56,481 nucleotides of DNA from Acutalibacteraceae bacterium (GTDB lineage: Bacteria > Bacillota > Clostridia > Oscillospirales > Acutalibacteraceae), in NCBI GenBank assembly GCA_045540915.1, contig JAZQID010000129.1, positions 1-56,481 on the forward strand. The letters are read 5' to 3'. Below the pieces are notes generated by a model. It did not search any database. It worked only from the letters and a program-made list of their open reading frames with translations, and was not told the DNA's origin. Below, piece by piece: positions 29,185 to 40,067 of the stretch. Made by a program: the position numbers and the translations under genes. The stretch's first letter is position 1, and each line of letters starts with the position of its first letter.

Positions 29185-30231
29185 CTAATTATGTCTGATT
29201 CCCTGCAGTTCCTCTTGAACGTAATCGGTTGTCAGTATCTTCTTGACAACGCCATCAACGTCAAGTCTTGCGGTGTTGTGGCTGGTGTAGCTCTCGTCGG
29301 CCTCGGTCTCGACCTTGCCCTTAACGAAGTACTTGTCGTAGTTGAGGTCGCGGTTATCGGCGGCAACACGGAAGTAGTTGCCCATATCCTCGCTTCTAAG
29401 ACGCTCTTCTCTGGTCATAAGGGTCTCATACAGCTTCTCACCGTGACGAGTGCCGATGATGTTTGTGCCGGTGTCACCGAAGAGCTGCTGAACTCCCTTC
29501 GCAAGATCGCCGATGGTGCTCGCGTCCGCCTTCTGAATGAAGAGGTCGCCGGGGTTAGCGTGCTCAAAAGCAAAGCGCACCAACTCTACCGCTTCGTCAA
29601 GGTTCATAAGGAAGCGAGTCATTTCAGGGTTGGTGATAGTGATGGGGTTGCCCGCTTTGATCTGATCGATGAAGAGCGGGATTACCGAGCCTCTGCTGCA
29701 CATAACGTTACCATATCTGGTGCAGCATATAACCGTGCCGCCTCTCTCAGCGGCAACGCGTGCGTTTGCATAGATGACGTGCTCCATCATAGCCTTAGAG
29801 ATGCCCATCGCGTTGATAGGATAGGCAGCCTTATCGGTTGACAGGCAGACCACGCGCTTAACACCTGCCTCGATGGCAGCGTGCAGCACATTGTCGGTTC
29901 CTTCAACGTTGGTTTTAACCGCCTGCATCGGGAAGAACTCGCAGGAGGGCACCTGCTTTAAGGCGGCCGCGTGGAATATGTAGTCGACGCCGGGCATCGC
30001 ATCGGCAACCGAGCGAGGATCGCGCACGTCGCCGACGTAGAATTTTACCTTGTTAGCATGCTCAGGATACTTAGCCTGAAGCTCGTGACGCATATCGTCC
30101 TGCTTCTTCTCGTCACGCGAAAAAATGCGGATCTGACCGATATCGGTGGTAAGAAAATGCTTCAAAACAGTGTTACCGAACGAACCGGTACCTCCGGTGA
30201 TCATTAAAGTTGCGTTATCAAAAGCTGACAT
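29185..30231 (-). CDS. fnlA: UDP-GlcNAc 4,6-dehydratase/5-epimerase (FnlA/CapE-type)
   Basis: ITGGTGSFGNTVLKHFL...IRIFSRDEKKQDDMRHEL...KFYVGDVRD closely matches the CapE/WbjB N-terminal signature as I remember it. Confidence 0.85.
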   Translation of the reverse strand: MSAFDNATLMITGGTGSFGNTVLKHFLTTDIGQIRIFSRDEKKQDDMRHELQAKYPEHANKVKFYVGDVRDPRSVADAMPGVDYIFHAAALKQVPSCEFFPMQAVKTNVEGTDNVLHAAIEAGVKRVVCLSTDKAAYPINAMGISKAMMEHVIYANARVAAERGGTVICCTRYGNVMCSRGSVIPLFIDQIKAGNPITITNPEMTRFLMNLDEAVELVRFAFEHANPGDLFIQKADASTIGDLAKGVQQLFGDTGTNIIGTRHGEKLYETLMTREERLRSEDMGNYFRVAADNRDLNYDKYFVKGKVETEADESYTSHNTARLDVDGVVKKILTTDYVQEELQGIRHN

Positions 30232-30257
30232 AGTTGTTTCTCCTTTTTGCTTAATAA

Positions 30258-31490
30258 TTAATCCCGTCTGAACAGATCTCTCGTATACACCTTGTCCTTG
30301 ACGTCGTCAAGACAACTGTCATATCTGTTGGCAATTATGGCATCGCAGGTGGCCTTGAACTTCTCAAGGTCATTGACGACAAGACTTCCAAAAAAGGTGT
30401 CTCCATCCTTCAGCTCAGGCTCGTAGACGATTACCGTTGCACCTTTTGCCTTTATGCGCTTCATAACGCCCTGAATAGAGCTTTGGCGGAAGTTGTCAGA
30501 GTTGGATTTCATAGTCAGGCGATAGACGCCGATGACAACTTCCTTCTCCTGCTTTGCATCCCAACTGCTGTTCGCACTGTAATAGCCCGCCTTTTCAAGC
30601 ACGCGGTCGGCAATGAAATCCTTACGAGTACGGTTGGCCTCAACGATTGCTTCGATAAGGTTTTCAGGCACGTTTTCATAGTTGGCAAGCAGTTGCTTCG
30701 TGTCCTTGGGCAGACAGTATCCGCCGTATCCAAAGGATGGATTATTATAATGACTGCCAATTCTGGGGTCAAGGCAGACTCCGTCGATGATCTGGCGGGT
30801 GTTGAGCCCCTTCATCTCAGCGTATGTATCAAGTTCGTTGAAGAATGATACGCGAAGGGCAAGATAGGTGTTGGCAAAAAGCTTTACCGCCTCTGCTTCG
30901 GTGAAACCCATAAACAGAGTCTCTACGTCCTCCTTTATGGCCCCCTGCTTGAGCAGGTCGGCAAAAACCTCCGCAGCTTTAGTCAGGCGCTCGTCTGAAA
31001 GGTCGGTTCCCACTACGATACGGGAAGGATACAAGTTATCATACAGCGCCTTGCTCTCGCGCAAAAACTCGGGGCTAAAGAGAATATTCTTGCTGCCCGT
31101 TTTCTTGCGGATATTCTCGGTGTAACCGACAGGAATGGTCGACTTTATCACCATAATGGCGTTGGGGTTGACTGCCATAACAGTGTCAATGACCGACTCG
31201 ACCGCAGAAGTGTCAAAATAGTTCTTCTTGCTATCGTAGTTTGTAGGGGCGGCAATTATTACGTATTCCGCATCCCTGTAGGCAGACTCGGCATCGACCG
31301 TCGCGGTCAGGTCAAGCTTCTTGGTGGCGAGGAACTCTTCGATCTCGTTATCCTGTATCGGCGAGATACCGGCATTTATTTTATCAACCTTTTCGGGAAT
31401 TATGTCAACCGCCGTCACCGTGTGATTTTGCGAAAGCAAAACCGCCATAGACAGCCCGACGTACCCCGTACCGGCTACTGCTATCTTCAT
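30258..31490 (-). CDS. ugd: UDP-glucose 6-dehydrogenase
   Basis: [19 protein letters not shown]; [12 protein letters not shown] catalytic Cys motif. I set the start at the ATG at 31490, preceded by GGAGGG. Confidence 0.9.
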   Translation of the reverse strand: MKIAVAGTGYVGLSMAVLLSQNHTVTAVDIIPEKVDKINAGISPIQDNEIEEFLATKKLDLTATVDAESAYRDAEYVIIAAPTNYDSKKNYFDTSAVESVIDTVMAVNPNAIMVIKSTIPVGYTENIRKKTGSKNILFSPEFLRESKALYDNLYPSRIVVGTDLSDERLTKAAEVFADLLKQGAIKEDVETLFMGFTEAEAVKLFANTYLALRVSFFNELDTYAEMKGLNTRQIIDGVCLDPRIGSHYNNPSFGYGGYCLPKDTKQLLANYENVPENLIEAIVEANRTRKDFIADRVLEKAGYYSANSSWDAKQEKEVVIGVYRLTMKSNSDNFRQSSIQGVMKRIKAKGATVIVYEPELKDGDTFFGSLVVNDLEKFKATCDAIIANRYDSCLDDVKDKVYTRDLFRRD

Positions 31491-31492
31491 TT

Positions 31493-32599
31493 TTATCCCT
31501 CCATATAAAAGGCTCTGTACCACTGTGCAAATTTTCGCAATCCCTCACGCAGCGAAGTGGAAGGCTTAAATCCTAAGTCTCTCTCAAGGGCATCGGTATC
31601 TGCGTAGGTCACGGGCACATCGCCCGGCTGCATCGGAACGAGCTCCTTATGAGCTTCAAAGTCATAATCTTCAGGCAACACGCCTGCGGCTATAAGCTCC
31701 TGTTGCAAAATGTCGACGAAGTCCAGAAGATTTTCGGGACTGTTGTTTCCGATGTTGTAGACGCGATAGGGCGGCTCGGGAAGTCCGTCCTCACCTACCT
31801 GCTTTTCGGGAGCACAGGACATAACGCGCTTGACCCCCTCAACGATGTCGTCGACATAAGTAAAATCGCGCTTGCAATTGCCGTAGTTGAAGATCTGAAT
31901 GGTCTTGCCCTGTCTGAGCTTATCGGTAAAGCCGAAGTATGCCATATCAGGACGGCCCGCAGGTCCGTAGACGGTGAAAAACCGAAGACCTGTCGACGGA
32001 ATATTGTAAAGCTTTGAGTAGGCGTGAGCCATCAGCTCGTTGCTCTTCTTTGTCGCGGCATACAGGGAAACGGGGTTGTCCACCTTATCGTCGGTAGAAT
32101 AAGGAATCTTTTTGTTGGAGCCGTAAACCGATGAGCTTGACGCATATACCAAGTGCTCAACTGGGTAGTTGCGGCAGGCCTCAAGGATGTTATAGAAACC
32201 GATAAGATTGCTCTCGATATATACATCGGGGTTGGTTATGGAGTAGCGCACTCCTGCCTGCGCCGCAAGGTTAACCACCACAGAGAAGTTATGCTTTGCA
32301 AAAAGGGAATCAACCAGCGCCTTGTCGGCAATACTGCCCTTGACAAATTCCCAGCGGCAGTCAGTATGTGAGGCGGCAACTTTTTCTATCTCACGAAGGC
32401 GATACTCCTTGATGGAAACGTCGTAGTAGTCGTTCATGTTGTCAAGGCCGATAACCGTTATTGCCTCAACGGTGTTGAGCAGCTCTGTGACAAGGTTGGC
32501 GCCGATAAATCCAGCAGCACCGGTGACGAGTATCGTTTTGCCATCCAACAAGATTCCGTGATTATGCATTTTCCTGTCCTTCAACTCCCAATCATTCAA
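31493..32599 (-). CDS. NAD-dependent epimerase, UDP-glucuronate 4-epimerase-like
   Basis: [12 protein letters not shown]; the [10 protein letters not shown] catalytic YxxxK; FTVYGP.GRPDMA block. It sits directly upstream of ugd. Confidence 0.7.
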   Translation of the reverse strand: MNDWELKDRKMHNHGILLDGKTILVTGAAGFIGANLVTELLNTVEAITVIGLDNMNDYYDVSIKEYRLREIEKVAASHTDCRWEFVKGSIADKALVDSLFAKHNFSVVVNLAAQAGVRYSITNPDVYIESNLIGFYNILEACRNYPVEHLVYASSSSVYGSNKKIPYSTDDKVDNPVSLYAATKKSNELMAHAYSKLYNIPSTGLRFFTVYGPAGRPDMAYFGFTDKLRQGKTIQIFNYGNCKRDFTYVDDIVEGVKRVMSCAPEKQVGEDGLPEPPYRVYNIGNNSPENLLDFVDILQQELIAAGVLPEDYDFEAHKELVPMQPGDVPVTYADTDALERDLGFKPSTSLREGLRKFAQWYRAFYMEG

Positions 32600-32618
32600 A
32601 TAAAAACAGCCAATTATT

Positions 32619-34115
32619 CTATATGCGCTTCTTTTTAAACCTGTTTATCAATAACCGATAATATGTTAAAAACACTTTTCTCGTCGACGGGAAAACCATC
32701 ATCATAATTGCGTATATGAAAACACAACAAACGATTGTAAATATATTAAAAACCATGCCTTTGCCCATCTTTACGAATAAAAGCCCAAATCCAGCCATAA
32801 CCGCTGATGAGCAGATCGTAGGAATAAGCAGCCTTATCAAACGTACAAACGATAATCCGTACATCTTCCAAACCACCGAACAATGAATAATCATACCCAC
32901 GATTCTCACTAACGCTCTTGCATATGAAAGCTGTACAAAACCTTGGTTTGCACTAAAATATACTACCGGAATGATGGCTATTATCTGAGCCAATTGCACA
33001 AACACAGATACTTTAGGCTTTCCCTTTGCTATAAGAACACATCCGTTATACGAATTAAACAATATAGAGATAGAACTTATGAATCCCCAGATTCCCATCA
33101 TAACTGCTGCTTCGGCCCACACGTTGCCGAGAAGCAAATCACAAAGTGTGTCCTGATAGATCAACATACCAACGCCCATCGGTATAAGTAGAACGCCTGA
33201 CAAAAAACTAATTCTATAATAGATAGATTTAAACTCTTGGTTATCATTCTGTGCTCGGGAAAGTGCCGAAAGCAATACAGGAACCATAGAGGCAGACACT
33301 ACTGCAATAATTTGGTTCACCATATTCATTGAAGTTTTATAGAGTCCCAAGTAGTACTGCGTTAATATTTGGCTGACAATAAATGTGTCTCCCCAGTTAA
33401 TTACCCACACGAGCACTGATTCAAGAAGAGACCACAAGCTAAAACTCAACATATTCTTTAGGGTTAAAAAACTGTACTCCAGTTTCGGAACCCACTTTGA
33501 TAATATGAACATAGCAATTGCAGTCGCGGAATTTATCGCTATCGTTCCCAATATGATAGACCAGTAACTCCGAGTAATGAAAGCCAAAGGCACAGTAACC
33601 AAAAAAGGAACTGCAATTGTTATCAAGCGCACATAGAACAGTGTTTTGAAATCCATATTGCGCTTTAATCTTGCAGATTGGATGCTCGTAAAGGAGTGAA
33701 GCGTGAGGTTTGCACACGCAACGATCACCGCTAGTTCTTTCCCAGGGCATCCCACAAGGCTCGCCAAACCCTTGGAAAAAACAGCAACAATTCCCCAGAT
33801 AACAATTGAGATAAGAAAATTTGTCCAGAACGCGACATTCGAAATATGATCTAATTCCGAATCTGAATCTATCTCATGTTGAATAACATATTTCTGAAAC
33901 CCCGCATCAGCAAACAAATCGCAAAAACTAATAATGACATTTATCGACGCAACAATTCCAAAGACCTCGGGAACAAGAACTCTGGCCAAAACCATACTGC
34001 TGATAGGTGTTACCAATTTAGCCATGATCTCTGTTATTGTTGACCATTTTGTAGCATTTGCAATCTTGCTGCCCGCAACTTTCGGCATACGCGCTGTCCT
34101 TTCTGTAAGGAGCAT
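32619..34115 (-). CDS. wzx: Wzx-type oligosaccharide flippase (MOP superfamily)
   Basis: 498 aa, about 12-14 TM helices, AT-rich. The N-terminal TITEIMAKLVTPISSMVLARVLVPEVFG is typical of polysaccharide-biosynthesis flippases. Confidence 0.7.
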   Translation of the reverse strand: MLLTERTARMPKVAGSKIANATKWSTITEIMAKLVTPISSMVLARVLVPEVFGIVASINVIISFCDLFADAGFQKYVIQHEIDSDSELDHISNVAFWTNFLISIVIWGIVAVFSKGLASLVGCPGKELAVIVACANLTLHSFTSIQSARLKRNMDFKTLFYVRLITIAVPFLVTVPLAFITRSYWSIILGTIAINSATAIAMFILSKWVPKLEYSFLTLKNMLSFSLWSLLESVLVWVINWGDTFIVSQILTQYYLGLYKTSMNMVNQIIAVVSASMVPVLLSALSRAQNDNQEFKSIYYRISFLSGVLLIPMGVGMLIYQDTLCDLLLGNVWAEAAVMMGIWGFISSISILFNSYNGCVLIAKGKPKVSVFVQLAQIIAIIPVVYFSANQGFVQLSYARALVRIVGMIIHCSVVWKMYGLSFVRLIRLLIPTICSSAVMAGFGLLFVKMGKGMVFNIFTIVCCVFIYAIMMMVFPSTRKVFLTYYRLLINRFKKKRI

Positions 34116-34181
34116 TTATTACTTCTTTTTCAGCCTTTTTTGTTCCTAAATTCTTCACAGAAACATGATTTATCAATCACT

Positions 34182-35378
34182 CTAATTTGAAACACCGTCA
34201 CTGTTTTGGCGGCCTTCCGCTACAGCCATTATCAATGCAAGAAACACCATAGGAACAGAATACAGATAAGTCACTTGTCCCAATTCGATTAATAAAAATC
34301 CAACTGTTGTATAGATAACATATCTGCCAAGAGGAGACGACCGTTTTCTTGAACAAAAATATAACGAGTAAAAATACGACGCATAGTAAACTATAAGCCC
34401 AACCAATCCGGATGACACAAGAACCTCGATATAGTTATTATGCGAATAGGTACCCATATATTTTGATGAGCTTCCGAATCCAATACCCCATGGTCGATCG
34501 ACAAACAGTCTTAACCCTTTCTCCATAAGCATTAATCTGTTCTCATCTGATTCTTGGTACATTGTGTGAGCTGAGCTCCCACCAAAAAAGTCCAACTTGT
34601 GTCCGACCAGATAATATAATGGTTCTATTTCCATAACAGCTATATAAAGAGCAATCAAACCGCCTATAACAAAAACGAGATTACGCTTGCTTGACTGTAA
34701 GTTTGCTAACACAAATGTAACGACATAAAAAACAAGAATTTTTCGACTTCCTGTTAGCAAAGATGTAATAACAACGAAAGCCATAACACAGAAAACTATC
34801 AGCTTTATCCACTTCTTTTTTGTTTTACCCAGCAAATAAAGCCACGAGGCAAAAGCAATGCACATATTCATGCCAACAATATTTACATTGCCGCCTGCAA
34901 TATCCGCACCTATTCTGTTTAACGTTGCATATTCTAAATTATCGTATGACATTCCGGATGCAAGGAATTCACTTAAGATGTAACCACCGCATACCACTCC
35001 GGCTATTCCTACATATCTTATTACTTTTTCTATTCTTTCTTCGTCCTTCATATACACAAAGAGAAAAAAGCACTTAAGCAAGTTCTTTATTACAATAATC
35101 AGTGTCGATATAGTCTCTGTACTATAGTTAATAAAAGCTAAAACAAACGCAAACATTAAAACCGCTATGCACCATTTCAAGCAAAAGGTAACTTTCACAT
35201 ATTGTCCAAGCATCAAGATTGAGAAGCCCAGAAACACAACCTGTATCGTAGAAAAAATTTGGCTGAATCTTGCGTTTTCAAACACAAACATTGCTATTAT
35301 GTAAGCAAATACCACAATGTCATATAACGTGCCTAAAGTCAGCCCTTTTTTCTCACTGTTTCGAGATATTCCAACCAT
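34182..35378 (-). CDS. wzy: Wzy-type polymerase / O-antigen-ligase-like membrane protein
   Basis: 398 aa and polytopic. A large loop with SAHTMYQESDENR...PWGIGFGS...YSHNNYIE resembles the Wzy_C/O-antigen ligase loop. The start is uncertain because it overlaps the upstream GT by 40 nt. Confidence 0.6.
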   Translation of the reverse strand: MVGISRNSEKKGLTLGTLYDIVVFAYIIAMFVFENARFSQIFSTIQVVFLGFSILMLGQYVKVTFCLKWCIAVLMFAFVLAFINYSTETISTLIIVIKNLLKCFFLFVYMKDEERIEKVIRYVGIAGVVCGGYILSEFLASGMSYDNLEYATLNRIGADIAGGNVNIVGMNMCIAFASWLYLLGKTKKKWIKLIVFCVMAFVVITSLLTGSRKILVFYVVTFVLANLQSSKRNLVFVIGGLIALYIAVMEIEPLYYLVGHKLDFFGGSSAHTMYQESDENRLMLMEKGLRLFVDRPWGIGFGSSSKYMGTYSHNNYIEVLVSSGLVGLIVYYASYFYSLYFCSRKRSSPLGRYVIYTTVGFLLIELGQVTYLYSVPMVFLALIMAVAEGRQNSDGVSN

Positions 35379-36415
35379 TGTTGAGATATTATCTCCCTTC
35401 CCAAATTCACGTTGATTGCTACGCTTTCCTTGCTTAACGCCTTTTTTAAATCATTGTTAGCAACCAATTCAGATAGCGTACTGGCAATCTGTTCAACATC
35501 TCCGCATTGAACAAGAAGACCCGAACCATATTTCTCCACTAAATCAAATGCTCCGCCTCCGCCACAATCTGTGCTAATACACGGAACTCCAACGGACATA
35601 GCCTCCATCAACGCATTTGGCATGCCTTCAAACACCGAGGTAAGCAGAAATATTTCAGCACTTAATAGCACTTCTATAGGATCACTTGTTTTGCCAGGAA
35701 GAAGAACCTTTCCTTGCAATTCTAACTGCTCAATAAGTTTATCGTAACTATCCCGACACGGTCCTTCACCATATAACTCCAAAGTATAATCCGGATGGTT
35801 CGCAGAGAAAAGAGCAAACGCTTTTATCATAGAAACATGATCTTTTTGAAAATTATCCAAGCGAGCCATGCTGACAATCTTTTTTTCAGCAGATTCAATA
35901 TTCCATCTTTTTCCACTATCAACAATCGGATTTGGAATTACAACCGCACGCTTCTGTATTCTCTTTGAAAAGTACTGTTTGATCCGCTCTGTCTGAAATA
36001 CATATCCGTCTGAAAACGGATACAGTACAGCCCTAATCGCTTTCTCTGACTGTTTTCTCGGGTCGAATTCCGGATCGTTGCGTTCACATACCACAAGAGG
36101 AATTCTCACTCCAAGCAAGGCTACAATCGTGTTTACATTGCAAACACTTCCAAAGGAAACCACCACATCGGGCTTTATATCTTTAATCGTTCTCCTGATT
36201 GTCCTCCATCGTGACGCAAGGCGCTTGATCTTGTTACCAGTAGCTCTGGCCCCGTGTGTTATAATGCCTCCTTCATTCCCCCGGGTTCCTTTTCCTTTTT
36301 CAAGTAACACAACGTGTATTTCGTTTCCGTTTTTATAGAGTTCCTGTGCAACTATTGAAAGGACTTTTTCAGCCCCACTAAAGTTCAGTGACCCTATAAC
36401 AAAAGCAACCCTCAT
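35339..36415 (-). CDS. Glycosyltransferase, GT4 family (GT-B fold)
   Basis: MRVAFVIGSLNFSGAEKV...; the C-terminal E(x7)E-type region is SVFEGMPNALMEAMSVGVPCISTD. Confidence 0.8.
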   Translation of the reverse strand: MRVAFVIGSLNFSGAEKVLSIVAQELYKNGNEIHVVLLEKGKGTRGNEGGIITHGARATGNKIKRLASRWRTIRRTIKDIKPDVVVSFGSVCNVNTIVALLGVRIPLVVCERNDPEFDPRKQSEKAIRAVLYPFSDGYVFQTERIKQYFSKRIQKRAVVIPNPIVDSGKRWNIESAEKKIVSMARLDNFQKDHVSMIKAFALFSANHPDYTLELYGEGPCRDSYDKLIEQLELQGKVLLPGKTSDPIEVLLSAEIFLLTSVFEGMPNALMEAMSVGVPCISTDCGGGGAFDLVEKYGSGLLVQCGDVEQIASTLSELVANNDLKKALSKESVAINVNLGREIISQQWLEYLETVRKKG

Positions 36416-37632
36416 AGCCGATCTCCCAATAACTTCATGATTTTTCCTGCTTGGATTTTTGGAGTTTTGTTATTCAAAACAAACTCCTGTGCTTTTTTAC
36501 CCATTTGTTTTCGTTCGTCGGCATTCATTTCCATCACTTTGCGCAATGAATTTACAAAGCCGCTTTTATCATCTTCAATATGAAAAAAGTACTTATCATA
36601 CTCAGAAGGAATCCCATCCAACTTATACGCAAGCATCGGATTACCGGACAACATATACTCGAGAATCTTAGAAGGAAAACTATACTTTGCAAACTCATGA
36701 TTTGGACGAGGATTAACAAGCAAATCCGCTTCCTGCTGCGCTTGAACTGCAACTGAATTTGGCACGGATCCATGAAAAACCACTCTATCATCTCCTGCTG
36801 CCATTTTCTTGGCATCTTCAAGATGGACACCATCTCCAAATATATCGAGATTCCAATCTTCCAAGGCGATCTCCATAAATGATGAAACAAGCATAAGCAC
36901 ACCGTATTCCTTCTTTATACCACCTGTATAAACTATGTGCTTTTTTCCATCTAAAAACAATTCGTTTTCGCTGTGTTGCGGCGCTTTGCCTGAACATATC
37001 CCCTCAACTACTACATAATTGATTTGCCTGTTAAACCAATTCTTCATATGCTCAGTCAAGAAGACATAATTATCAATATTGGATAAGCATTTTTTGAGAT
37101 AGGCGATCTCAACTTTTTTCATCGTTCTGTACTTCACGTTTGTCTGCATTGCAGTAACATTCATATATTCCGGTAGGTCAGGAACAACAAGGCAAACCTT
37201 TATATGTTTATATTTTTTCTTTATATCGTGAAGCAACTTGACAAAAGGGAGTGTCATTGCATATGCAATGATGCATTTGTCTTCCTCTGTATTGTTATTC
37301 GCCCAGTCATTTAGGTAATTCCATACTCCTATATACCTGCTTAGTATCTTTATGCCTGCTATATTTGTGAAGCCAATATTAACATCATTTGCTCCCTTGG
37401 TATGTAAAAAATCAAAGGTAGGAATATTTTTTTGTTGATATTTCTTAGGATAAGCCCCGATATACAGGGAATTACAGATTGTCACAGGCTTATCATTATT
37501 CTCATCAAGACCCTGCACAATAGCCCACTGCAACTTATTTGCTGCGTTTTGGACGCCAACCAAAGAGTCTTTTATTATCTGATCCTCGTATTCACGGGGA
37601 AAAAGACCCATTAGACAAAGTATATCCATCAT
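36412..37632 (-). CDS. Glycosyltransferase (GT-B fold, GT4-like)
   Basis: The C-terminal half (FHGSVP...ADLLVNPR...YSFPSKILEYMLSGNPMLAY) is typical of a GT-B donor-binding domain. 4-nt overlap with the downstream GT. Confidence 0.7.
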   Translation of the reverse strand: MMDILCLMGLFPREYEDQIIKDSLVGVQNAANKLQWAIVQGLDENNDKPVTICNSLYIGAYPKKYQQKNIPTFDFLHTKGANDVNIGFTNIAGIKILSRYIGVWNYLNDWANNNTEEDKCIIAYAMTLPFVKLLHDIKKKYKHIKVCLVVPDLPEYMNVTAMQTNVKYRTMKKVEIAYLKKCLSNIDNYVFLTEHMKNWFNRQINYVVVEGICSGKAPQHSENELFLDGKKHIVYTGGIKKEYGVLMLVSSFMEIALEDWNLDIFGDGVHLEDAKKMAAGDDRVVFHGSVPNSVAVQAQQEADLLVNPRPNHEFAKYSFPSKILEYMLSGNPMLAYKLDGIPSEYDKYFFHIEDDKSGFVNSLRKVMEMNADERKQMGKKAQEFVLNNKTPKIQAGKIMKLLGDRL

Positions 37633-37666
37633 TAACCCCTTCTCGTAAGGCTTGTATATGTCCGGT

Positions 37667-38848
37667 TTAATGATTTTCTGTTATTATTTGCGCATATTTT
37701 GAACTATTAACACTTTTCAAAAACCTTGATTCAAACAGCCTTTTAGTGCGAACAACAACTTGCCCTTTTCTTATCTTTTGAATTTCCTCTACAAGTTCTT
37801 CGGGTTTATCAGCGTCAACCACCGGACACTTCGCTTCTTTCATCACCATTTGCCCAAACTTGCCTTCCTTACCGATTGCAAAAACAATCGGTTTCTGGCA
37901 AGCTAAGCAGGTTGCCGTTTTGGATGGCAACGCAGTGCGATAAACATCCTTTACCAAAGGTATTACATTCACATCGGCAACGCTGTAAATGAAAGGAGCC
38001 CATTCGGGTGGTTGTTTCGGCCAAAAACTTATATTATGTATCCCATACTCGTTGGCTCTGGTTTCTAGCTTTTCCTTATACAAGCCGCTTCCAATGATAT
38101 GGAACCAAACATTTTTATCATTCTTCATTGTTTTTGCAACTTCTACAAGAATATCCACATTCTGCATCACGCCAATATTTCCAGCATACACAACATTGAA
38201 ATAATTCTTGTCGAACATATGGTCAGCCGGAGAAGCATCTACAATTTCATAAAGCTCGTCCTGATAAGACCAGTTATAGATAACCTCTATCTTGTCTGAA
38301 GAAGTCCCATCTGCTATGAGAGTGTCCTTCATGTCATCTGAGATCGTAATAATATGATCAGAATGCTTATAACCATAACGCTGCACAGCAGCCAGTGTCT
38401 TAAATAAAATTCCGTTCTCCTTAACGACACCGCTAAACACAGCATTATAGGGAAATATATCTTGTACATTAAACGTGATTTTTGCATCTTTTATGAATCT
38501 TCTTGCCAACCATACCGCAAAACCAGCAACGTTAGTTGATTGAATAAAAACAGCATCGGAATCTCTATGGTTCTTTAGAGCGTCTCTACACTTCCAACAA
38601 TAATGCATGGCATTCAGATATCGTTTCACAAAATTTGTTTTGTTTGGCTTTTTAACTGTAACGCTCTGCGTCGTAACTCCTAAAGCCTCAAGATTCTTCG
38701 GGAGTATAGGCAATTCTCCTCCTTGGTGCGCCTGAACGACATGCACGCTATTGCCTGCCTTGGCAAGCTGTTCTATCACAGCACTGAGAAGATGCTCCGA
38801 AGTTGTATGAGCATCAAAGCCCCCACTCATCCAGAAAAGAATTTTCAC
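37667..38848 (-). CDS. Glycosyltransferase, GT4 family
   Basis: MKILFWMSGGFDAHTTSEHLL...; the C-terminal ALPSKTATCLACQKPIVF block is GT-B-like. Confidence 0.7.
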   Translation of the reverse strand: MKILFWMSGGFDAHTTSEHLLSAVIEQLAKAGNSVHVVQAHQGGELPILPKNLEALGVTTQSVTVKKPNKTNFVKRYLNAMHYCWKCRDALKNHRDSDAVFIQSTNVAGFAVWLARRFIKDAKITFNVQDIFPYNAVFSGVVKENGILFKTLAAVQRYGYKHSDHIITISDDMKDTLIADGTSSDKIEVIYNWSYQDELYEIVDASPADHMFDKNYFNVVYAGNIGVMQNVDILVEVAKTMKNDKNVWFHIIGSGLYKEKLETRANEYGIHNISFWPKQPPEWAPFIYSVADVNVIPLVKDVYRTALPSKTATCLACQKPIVFAIGKEGKFGQMVMKEAKCPVVDADKPEELVEEIQKIRKGQVVVRTKRLFESRFLKSVNSSKYAQIITENH

Positions 38849-38892
38849 TCCAAATGTTCCTCCTGCTTAACTGAGATACGCTCAAGTTTCCG

Positions 38893-40038
38893 TTATATCT
38901 TTTCGTATATCTTATCAATGCACATCTGTGTTGCGTTGCCCGTATGAGAAACGTAACTGTCCACATATTCCTTACAGCGATTGCTCTCAGCGGCATAATC
39001 CATATTTTTTATAAACTCTATAACCTCTGCTTCAGTTCGTTTCAACCCGCTAGGAAACTCGTTTTTAAGATCCATAAACAGCCCGTTATCCGCTTCATAT
39101 TTTTCATAATCATATGCAAAGCAAATCATAGGTTTGGCCAACAATCCATAATCAAAAAACGCGCTTGAATAATCCGAAATCAGAATATCGGATATCCAAT
39201 AAAGGTCATTTACATTGGGATAAGATGATGCATCGATCCAGAAGTTTTTATCGGAATTGCATATGTTTCCTTTTGCAAAATGGTGTGCACGAACGAGCAT
39301 TACATACTCGTACGACAACTCTTTTTCCCATAGTTCATAATCCAACTCAAGATTTCCGTACTCTCTCCACGTTGGCATATAAAGAACAATCTTTTTGTCT
39401 TCGGGTATATCAAAGTATGTGCGAACCTTTTGAGTAGTAGCCTCGTTCATTTCAAAAAGCTCGTCTTCTCTCGGTCGACCGCTGTAAAGAAGGTTTTCAT
39501 CCAAAGCGTTAAACCAATGAACCATCTCATCGCGGGCATATTTTCCGTCCACACACACGATGTCAACATAGGAGAAATCGTAGTCTTTTCTGCCTTTAAC
39601 AGCGTTGCCGCCCTTCTTGGGTCCGGTGCCGTGCCAGGTATTCAAATAAACCGTAGCCTTCTTCTTGAAGCGAAGTCCACGCTCAATGTTGACATTCGTT
39701 ATCCATATTTTAGCTTTAAGTGCGGTTACAAAGTAGGCCATCGAGTCGGTCTTAACCTTGTCCGCATCGACATTGGAAAAAGCCTCGGGATTAACAAAGG
39801 TCCATACAAAACGATAGTCCTTAAACCTTTCATCCTTCTTCATCGCCTCATAGATAACCTTTGGGCTGTCGCTATATTGCTCTCCTCCGTATGACGATAA
39901 AAGCACCAGTTTTTCGTCCGTTTTTACAAACAAACCTATAAACCTGAAAAAAGCTCCCATTACAACACGGTAAAGCCACTGAATAAGCGGAACGTGTTTT
40001 ATAAGCCACGCTATCATATCGTGCATCTGTAAATCCAC
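38893..40038 (-). CDS. CDP-glycerol glycerophosphotransferase (TagB/TagF family)
   Basis: YLNTWHGTGPKKGG and ISDYSSAFFDYGLLAKP are the two hallmark TagF-family blocks. Confidence 0.8.
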   Translation of the reverse strand: MDLQMHDMIAWLIKHVPLIQWLYRVVMGAFFRFIGLFVKTDEKLVLLSSYGGEQYSDSPKVIYEAMKKDERFKDYRFVWTFVNPEAFSNVDADKVKTDSMAYFVTALKAKIWITNVNIERGLRFKKKATVYLNTWHGTGPKKGGNAVKGRKDYDFSYVDIVCVDGKYARDEMVHWFNALDENLLYSGRPREDELFEMNEATTQKVRTYFDIPEDKKIVLYMPTWREYGNLELDYELWEKELSYEYVMLVRAHHFAKGNICNSDKNFWIDASSYPNVNDLYWISDILISDYSSAFFDYGLLAKPMICFAYDYEKYEADNGLFMDLKNEFPSGLKRTEAEVIEFIKNMDYAAESNRCKEYVDSYVSHTGNATQMCIDKIYEKI

Positions 40039-40067
40039 CTTGCCCTTTTAGTTTGTCTGCCTTGTCT

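Noticed and set aside
28274-29188. 304-aa plus-strand ORF over the fnlB and acetyltransferase genes
   Set aside because: This is the antisense of two genes with clear Rossmann and hexapeptide motifs, and it has no features of its own.
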